This document shows positions 58,935-64,000 of a stretch of DNA of 64,000 bases, piece after piece (the first letter of the stretch is position 1; each line of letters starts with the position of its first letter). The DNA is from a virus. Its lineage: Duplodnaviria; Caudoviricetes. A model generated the notes under the pieces. The model saw nothing but the letters and a program-made list of their open reading frames with translations. It made no database searches and was not told where the DNA came from. The position numbers and the translations under genes are program-made. The stretch is from IMG/VR virus record IMGVR_UViG_3300042260_000337; one strand, given 5' to 3'.

Positions 58935-60236
58935 TTGACACAACCAATAGATTATAAGAATAACAAAAGAATATGTTCTCTTGCGTGGACACACCTTCAT
59001 GTGACCACTACAGGAAGGGTTGCGCCTTGTGGGCAGTATGTTAATTCAAAATCCCCAGACATAAAACTTGCGAACATACAGGATAGTTCATTGGATGAAT
59101 GTATCAATAGTTCTGGGATGAAATACATTCGTTCCATGATGCTACAGAATAAGCCGAATGAGATGTGTTCATTGTGCGAATACAAAATGCAACAGGGTAT
59201 TGAATCTACTAAAGACAGGTTCAATGCATTATATTTGGAAAAAACTAAATTTGCCATTGAAGCCACACGAGCCGATGGCCATATTGATATAGATGACTAC
59301 AAACCTGTGTTCTTTGATGTTAGATTTGGAAATCTTTGTAATCTTCGATGCCGAATGTGCAACTGGGAAGCAAGTAGTGCATGGTTTGATGAAACAAAGG
59401 AAATAGGAAAACAAAACCTAGTGACCTTTGATACTATAAGATTGGATGATTCAAGCCCAAAATTTGTAGCAAATGGAGCGTATGATAAGATAGAACATCT
59501 TTTGCAGTATGCAGAAAAAATGTATTTTGCTGGAGGTGAACCACTTCTCATGGAAGAACACTACCGAGCACTTCAATATCTAATTGATTCGGGAAAATCC
59601 AAAGATGTCGAATTGCATTACAGCACCAACTATACTATTTCAAAATACAAAGGCAAACTGGTTGCAGATTATTGGAAAGAGTTCAAACAAGTAATAGTGG
59701 CTGGTAGCGTGGATGGCATCGAAGAAGTTTCTGACTACATACGAACAGGATCGTCGTGGGAAAAGATGAAACAGGTTGTATCTGAAATGAAACCGCAGGG
59801 CGACGAATACAATAACATAACCCTGTCTCCATGTTTTTCTGTAAGTATAATGAATATATTTCATAGCCCAAGATTTTTTAAATGGTGTTTTGAAAATGGA
59901 TGGTTTGAAAAAAATCTATCCGTAATCGCCATTAATTATGTAGATTATCCTCCAGATTTGAGTATAAAATATTTGCCTTATGCAGCAAAGAAAACTGTAG
60001 AAGAAGAATATGTTGATTTATCAAGATGGCTAATTGAAAATGGACACCCATTGAGTGCTAAAGTTGTAAACGAAATTATAACGTATATGAATGGGGGAGA
60101 TATCACACAAGCTGATATCGATTATAGAATGAGTCAAGCGGTAAACAGAATGGATGTGTATGACAAAACATCGCATCTCAATTGGAAAGAAACACTACCA
60201 GAGTTGAAACATGCTCTTTTAGCATATATAAAATAG
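58935..60236 (+). CDS. Radical SAM enzyme 4, paralog of 3
   Basis: CNLRCRMC, FAGGEPL, YSTN. N-terminal ICSLAW...PC...MCSLC. Confidence 0.9.
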   Translation: MTQPIDYKNNKRICSLAWTHLHVTTTGRVAPCGQYVNSKSPDIKLANIQDSSLDECINSSGMKYIRSMMLQNKPNEMCSLCEYKMQQGIESTKDRFNALYLEKTKFAIEATRADGHIDIDDYKPVFFDVRFGNLCNLRCRMCNWEASSAWFDETKEIGKQNLVTFDTIRLDDSSPKFVANGAYDKIEHLLQYAEKMYFAGGEPLLMEEHYRALQYLIDSGKSKDVELHYSTNYTISKYKGKLVADYWKEFKQVIVAGSVDGIEEVSDYIRTGSSWEKMKQVVSEMKPQGDEYNNITLSPCFSVSIMNIFHSPRFFKWCFENGWFEKNLSVIAINYVDYPPDLSIKYLPYAAKKTVEEEYVDLSRWLIENGHPLSAKVVNEIITYMNGGDITQADIDYRMSQAVNRMDVYDKTSHLNWKETLPELKHALLAYIK

Positions 60237-60239
60237 TTC

Positions 60240-60268
60240 TTGAAGTTATTATATAAATTTGGTATAAT
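60240..60268 (+). promoter_or_regulatory. sigma70 promoter for the RuBisCO-like operon
   Basis: TTGAAG-17 nt-TATAAT with extended TG. SD GAGGT before ATG 60299. Confidence 0.75.
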
Positions 60269-60298
60269 GTAATAAAATATTCAAAAAAGAGGTATCCA

Positions 60299-61339
60299 AT
60301 GAATACATATAGAGTCACATATCGTGTTGAGAGTAGCAATATAGAAAAAGCTGCTGACGCCATAGTATTGGGGCAAAGTGTCGGTAATCCAGACATTCGT
60401 TCTTCATATGAAGAAGCAGACGGAATACAACAAAGCAAAGCGGAATTGATTTCCATCAACGGCAACGAGGTAGTGATTGACTTCAAGTGGAGAAACTTGC
60501 ACTCCACGACTGATATTGGTCAAATGCTTTGCACCATAAATGGCGGGCAGAGCGATATCGCACTGTTGGAATCATGCAGAATCGTTGGTCTTGAACTGAA
60601 CCAACCGTTTGTAAAGAAGTCTCCGCACAAGACATTAGTCAAAAGAAATCGTCCAGCAATTGGTAGTATTGTGAAACCAAAAGCTGGACTTACCTCCGAA
60701 CAATTGCGAGACATCACAACACAAATGTGTGATGGCGGAATTGACTTTATTAAAGAAGATGAAATTTTGGCTGACGCTGCGTATCTTCCACTCAGACAGA
60801 GATTGGATATTGTTCAGCCAATTATGGAAAAATATCCTGAAACCGTGTATACATATTGCACAAATGGAAATCCAGAACATCTAGTTTCTCAGCTTGATAT
60901 GGTGAAAGAGTGCAATGGCGATGGAGTTCATATTAATTTCTGGAGCGGCCTTGGGGCTTATTCTGATAGCAACCAACGAGGGTTCTTCACACATTTCCAA
61001 CGAAGTGGAATTAGAGTATTGACTGATCCTAGAAATCCGTGGGGAATTGATTGGCCTGTGTTGGTCAAAATGGCAATTTATCAAGGCATTGATAGTATAC
61101 ATGTTGGTATGATTGGCGGGTATTATCCTGGCGACCATCAAGAGGTTAGAGATGCAGTCAAGCTATGTCAAGAACACAATGTGTGGGCTGCGTTAAGCTG
61201 TGGAATGACACCAGACATAGCGAAGTCAATTCGTGATGAGATTGGAGACCATTGGCTTGCAAATGTTGGCGGATGGTTGCACACTGGGGACAGCATCGAA
61301 CAGAAAATAACTGAATTGCGGATGGCATTTGATGCTTAA
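60299..61339 (+). CDS. RuBisCO-like protein (form IV-like, non-carboxylating)
   Basis: GSIVKPKAG, GGIDFIKEDE, THFQRSG, IHVG, LSCG and VGG align by eye to the RuBisCO large-subunit active-site segments. Confidence 0.9.
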   Translation: MNTYRVTYRVESSNIEKAADAIVLGQSVGNPDIRSSYEEADGIQQSKAELISINGNEVVIDFKWRNLHSTTDIGQMLCTINGGQSDIALLESCRIVGLELNQPFVKKSPHKTLVKRNRPAIGSIVKPKAGLTSEQLRDITTQMCDGGIDFIKEDEILADAAYLPLRQRLDIVQPIMEKYPETVYTYCTNGNPEHLVSQLDMVKECNGDGVHINFWSGLGAYSDSNQRGFFTHFQRSGIRVLTDPRNPWGIDWPVLVKMAIYQGIDSIHVGMIGGYYPGDHQEVRDAVKLCQEHNVWAALSCGMTPDIAKSIRDEIGDHWLANVGGWLHTGDSIEQKITELRMAFDA

Positions 61340-62030
61340 TGTATTGCAGTTGTGTGCTGGTAAAGGGTCAAGGTTTGCAGAATACTCGCAAACCCCTAAA
61401 CCATTTTTAGATGTTCACGGCGACCCAATGTTTGTCGCTGCAATCAAATCTTTGAATTTGGGAAATGATGTTCGCCATCATTTCCTATTTCAAGAACGTG
61501 CGCTAACACAATACAAACCTTCGCAATATGTTGATGGATTGTTTTATGGCATAGACCATTACACTGATGGCGCAGCTACAAGCGCCGCATATGTTATAAG
61601 AAACAATAAGTTTCGACACGAACCATGGTTGATAGTTGACTGTGACTTTATAGTATCATACGATTCTACAACATTCAAATCCGTATACAATCACACGAAT
61701 TGTATTTTCGTTCAAAACCGTTCATTTGATATAAAAAGTAGCTATAGCTGCGTTGACTCAAACATGAATATATTAGGTGTGGCAGAAAAGCAACCTATCA
61801 GTAGATATCGCAACAGCGGTCAATACCATTGGGTTTCTGGCGATGTTTTTATCCAGTCGTATGATTTTTATACAGATAATGGATTGGTGTCTCTTGGTGA
61901 ATACTATACTGCTCCACTATATAACTATGCAATACAGAATGGAATACCAACCATGGCGATTGAGGTTGATAGTTTTACTCCGATAGGAACGCCTATGGAT
62001 TACGAAAGGTATATACATGAGATTCGCTAA
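61332..62030 (+). CDS. Sugar/polyol-phosphate nucleotidyltransferase (GT-A fold)
   Basis: LCAGKGSRF...PKP, GAATS, VDCD, VAEK, GEYY. Confidence 0.85.
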   Translation: MLNVLQLCAGKGSRFAEYSQTPKPFLDVHGDPMFVAAIKSLNLGNDVRHHFLFQERALTQYKPSQYVDGLFYGIDHYTDGAATSAAYVIRNNKFRHEPWLIVDCDFIVSYDSTTFKSVYNHTNCIFVQNRSFDIKSSYSCVDSNMNILGVAEKQPISRYRNSGQYHWVSGDVFIQSYDFYTDNGLVSLGEYYTAPLYNYAIQNGIPTMAIEVDSFTPIGTPMDYERYIHEIR

Positions 62031-62340
62031 ATTATCTGATTTCAAAGGTGGGTGGGTGATTGGAGACTTTGAACCCACTATGCTAAAAACAGACCAGTTT
62101 GAGGTAGCAGTTTTGCACCACACGGCTGGAAAACAAATAGAAAAACACTATCAAGTTATCGCTACTGAATACAATGTCATGATTAGTGGCAAAATGAATG
62201 TAAATGGAACTATCGTCACGTCAGGTGACGTATTTACATATGAACCAATGGAAATTACAGAAGTTGAAGTTCTGGAAGATACAGTGGTCATATGTGTCAA
62301 AACCCCAAGTATTCCAAACGATAAAGTGGTAATTGACTGA
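62017..62340 (+). CDS. Cupin-domain protein (possible sugar epimerase/isomerase)
   Basis: 107 aa. GWVIGDFEP, KHYQ...EYNVMISGKM, cupin beta pattern. Confidence 0.75.
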   Translation: MRFAKLSDFKGGWVIGDFEPTMLKTDQFEVAVLHHTAGKQIEKHYQVIATEYNVMISGKMNVNGTIVTSGDVFTYEPMEITEVEVLEDTVVICVKTPSIPNDKVVID

Positions 62341-62780
62341 TGCCAATTTTTATCGCACATCGTGGAAATACGAATGGTATAGAATTATCGTTTGAGAATA
62401 GAATAGACTATCTTGGTCACGCACTATCTATTGGGTATGGAATAGAATGTGATGTATGCTACTGGAAAGACAAATATTATTTTGGGCATGATGCGCCGCA
62501 AGAAGAGATAGATACTAATATCCTGTTAGCAGATAATTCATTTTGTCATGCGAAAGATATGCAATCTTTGCTGTATCTGAACTCAATTGGTGCTAATTGT
62601 TTTTGGCATGAAAGCGATAAAATGACATACACTAGTAAAGGAAATATATGGTGCTATCCAGGTGTATTTCCAATTTCAAAAAACGCAGTATGGCTTGATT
62701 TGTTGGGAATACCATTGCCTGAAAATATACATCATACAATATATGGTATTTGTGGAGATACATTCATAAATACCATATGA
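62340..62780 (+). CDS. Glycerophosphodiester phosphodiesterase/PI-PLC-like protein, truncated fold
   Basis: IAHRGN, IECDV, GHD, HAK. Confidence 0.7.
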   Translation: MPIFIAHRGNTNGIELSFENRIDYLGHALSIGYGIECDVCYWKDKYYFGHDAPQEEIDTNILLADNSFCHAKDMQSLLYLNSIGANCFWHESDKMTYTSKGNIWCYPGVFPISKNAVWLDLLGIPLPENIHHTIYGICGDTFINTI

Positions 62781-63517
62781 ATGTAAATATTATAAGTCAA
62801 TTCATTTCTGGAAGAAGCGGTGCAAAAGTTTATTTGGCCGAAAAAAATGGTATTGTCGGTGTCTATAAAACAAACGTAAAAGACCCATATGGTGTTTACG
62901 AATTATCAAAAAAACTTCCGTTTCGGACGCCAGAGATATATGATATTTCCGATGATTCTATATTCATGGAATACATAAACGGCAGACCATTAAAAGATGT
63001 TCTAAGAGACAATGATCCTATAAAAATAGAAATAGTATCTGACTTTATATTATCTTATGTAGATTACGCATTAAATTCTTCTCTGGGAATGTATGATTTC
63101 TCAGAAATAATAAACAAAAAAATAGAACAGGTTTCTGAATTTGTTTCAACGTCATATCTTTCAAACATAAAAACCGTCTATCCAACATCAATAACCCACG
63201 GTGATTTCACGTTTGATAATATGATATATTGTGAGAACGAGGTTTGTCTGATTGACTTGTCGCCAACTCCATTTACAAGTGTATATTTTGATATGAACAA
63301 GTTGAGACAAGATTTGACTGGATATTGGTTTGTCCGACAAGAGCCTTCTTATGCTCCTTGGGTGTCGGCATGTAACAAAATATATAGCATCATAGATACT
63401 AAGCACCCTAGCATGTTTGACGATGGACTTTACAATCTGATGATTTCAAGAATACTCCCATATTGCAAGAATAATGATTTTGATTTTAATTACGTGTTGA
63501 ATATGTTAATCGGTTAA
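62777..63517 (+). CDS. APH/choline-kinase-like phosphotransferase
   Basis: SGRSGAKV, MEYING, THGDFTFDN (Brenner motif), LID. Start set at ATG 62777. Confidence 0.8.
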   Translation: MNVNIISQFISGRSGAKVYLAEKNGIVGVYKTNVKDPYGVYELSKKLPFRTPEIYDISDDSIFMEYINGRPLKDVLRDNDPIKIEIVSDFILSYVDYALNSSLGMYDFSEIINKKIEQVSEFVSTSYLSNIKTVYPTSITHGDFTFDNMIYCENEVCLIDLSPTPFTSVYFDMNKLRQDLTGYWFVRQEPSYAPWVSACNKIYSIIDTKHPSMFDDGLYNLMISRILPYCKNNDFDFNYVLNMLIG

Positions 63518-63948
63518 GTTTGCGTTTTTGCCCATAAGTCTTTATATTTGAACCAAGTGTCTCTTTCAAGTATATCCAAGTGTTCTAACCCATCTCTTAC
63601 TATAGTTACGTTGACTTTTGTTTGAGATAATTCATTCTTAAACTCGTGCATTTCAATATTATTTTTGGCAAATATGTCATATATTAGCTCGTGTATATTT
63701 GTTATGGTGTCATCTAACACTCTATCAGACTGACGCCTTTTACCAAATTCCCCTACGTATTTTATAAGTTCACTTGCGAATATATCCATTGAATTACCAA
63801 TAGAAAAAAAAGCAACATCTTGTAACATTTTTATTATGTTGCCTTTTTTGTTGTAGTTTCCCATTCTGAAATGAAATACATGATTTGGATTTGTAAAGTT
63901 TTTTGCATTCATCAGGCTGTTTACAATAAAATCTAACGTTTCGTGCAT
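63514..63948 (-). CDS. Hypothetical protein
   Basis: 144-aa ORF converging on the kinase gene. No recognisable motif. Confidence 0.55.
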   Translation of the reverse strand: MHETLDFIVNSLMNAKNFTNPNHVFHFRMGNYNKKGNIIKMLQDVAFFSIGNSMDIFASELIKYVGEFGKRRQSDRVLDDTITNIHELIYDIFAKNNIEMHEFKNELSQTKVNVTIVRDGLEHLDILERDTWFKYKDLWAKTQT

Positions 63949-64000
63949 TGGATATATTATTGAATCATATCGCTGTAAAATTGTTATGTCGTAATGAAAA

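Noticed and set aside
51426-60236. RiPP biosynthetic cluster
   Set aside because: No short precursor-peptide ORF, peptidase/transporter or PqqD-like domain is evident; the neighbours are sugar-type enzymes.
60299-61339. Phage-encoded carbon-fixing RuBisCO
   Set aside because: The equivalents of K334, H294, N123 and E60 are substituted, and there is no phosphoribulokinase or small subunit in the window.
218-63406. Numerous antisense or nested ORFs in the track (e.g. 218..646, 6636..7325, 25385..25765, 42052..42522)
   Set aside because: Shadows of strongly codon-biased genes on the other strand or frame, with no RBS or recognisable motifs.
1-64000. Stop-codon reassignment as seen in some large phages
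   Set aside because: Coding density is high in code 11, with ORFs up to 9.4 kb intact, and TAA, TAG and TGA all end well-supported genes.

Overview
The window is a 64-kb segment of a large T4-related (gp20/21/22/23/55/46/47-type) myovirus genome, AT-rich and in the standard genetic code. From left to right it holds: a minus-strand fiber and head module (collagen-like fragment, two fiber paralogs, MCP, scaffold, prohead protease, portal, probable tape measure); a gp26/gp51-like chaperone pair joined by a canonical -1 frameshift signal; a ~550-nt ORF-free, densely base-paired region that looks like a large structured ncRNA, followed by AT-rich palindromes; sulfotransferase, SDR and resolvase genes; DNA ligase; a ~105-nt self-contained sRNA gene with an anti-Shine-Dalgarno-like loop; gp46/SDR/gp47/gp55; a baseplate module (hub with transglycosylase domain, spike with M15 peptidase, gp25, gp6, 3134-aa wedge) interrupted by a clpP cassette; and a ~16-kb accessory island with glycosyltransferase-like genes, four radical SAM enzymes with N-terminal Cys-rich auxiliary domains, and a five-gene operon led by a non-carboxylating RuBisCO-like protein. 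Near-consensus sigma70 promoters and (N)ATAAATA late promoters give a two-tier transcription map. I found no tRNA, CRISPR array or mobile element. All protein assignments come from motif recognition by eye, not from database searches.
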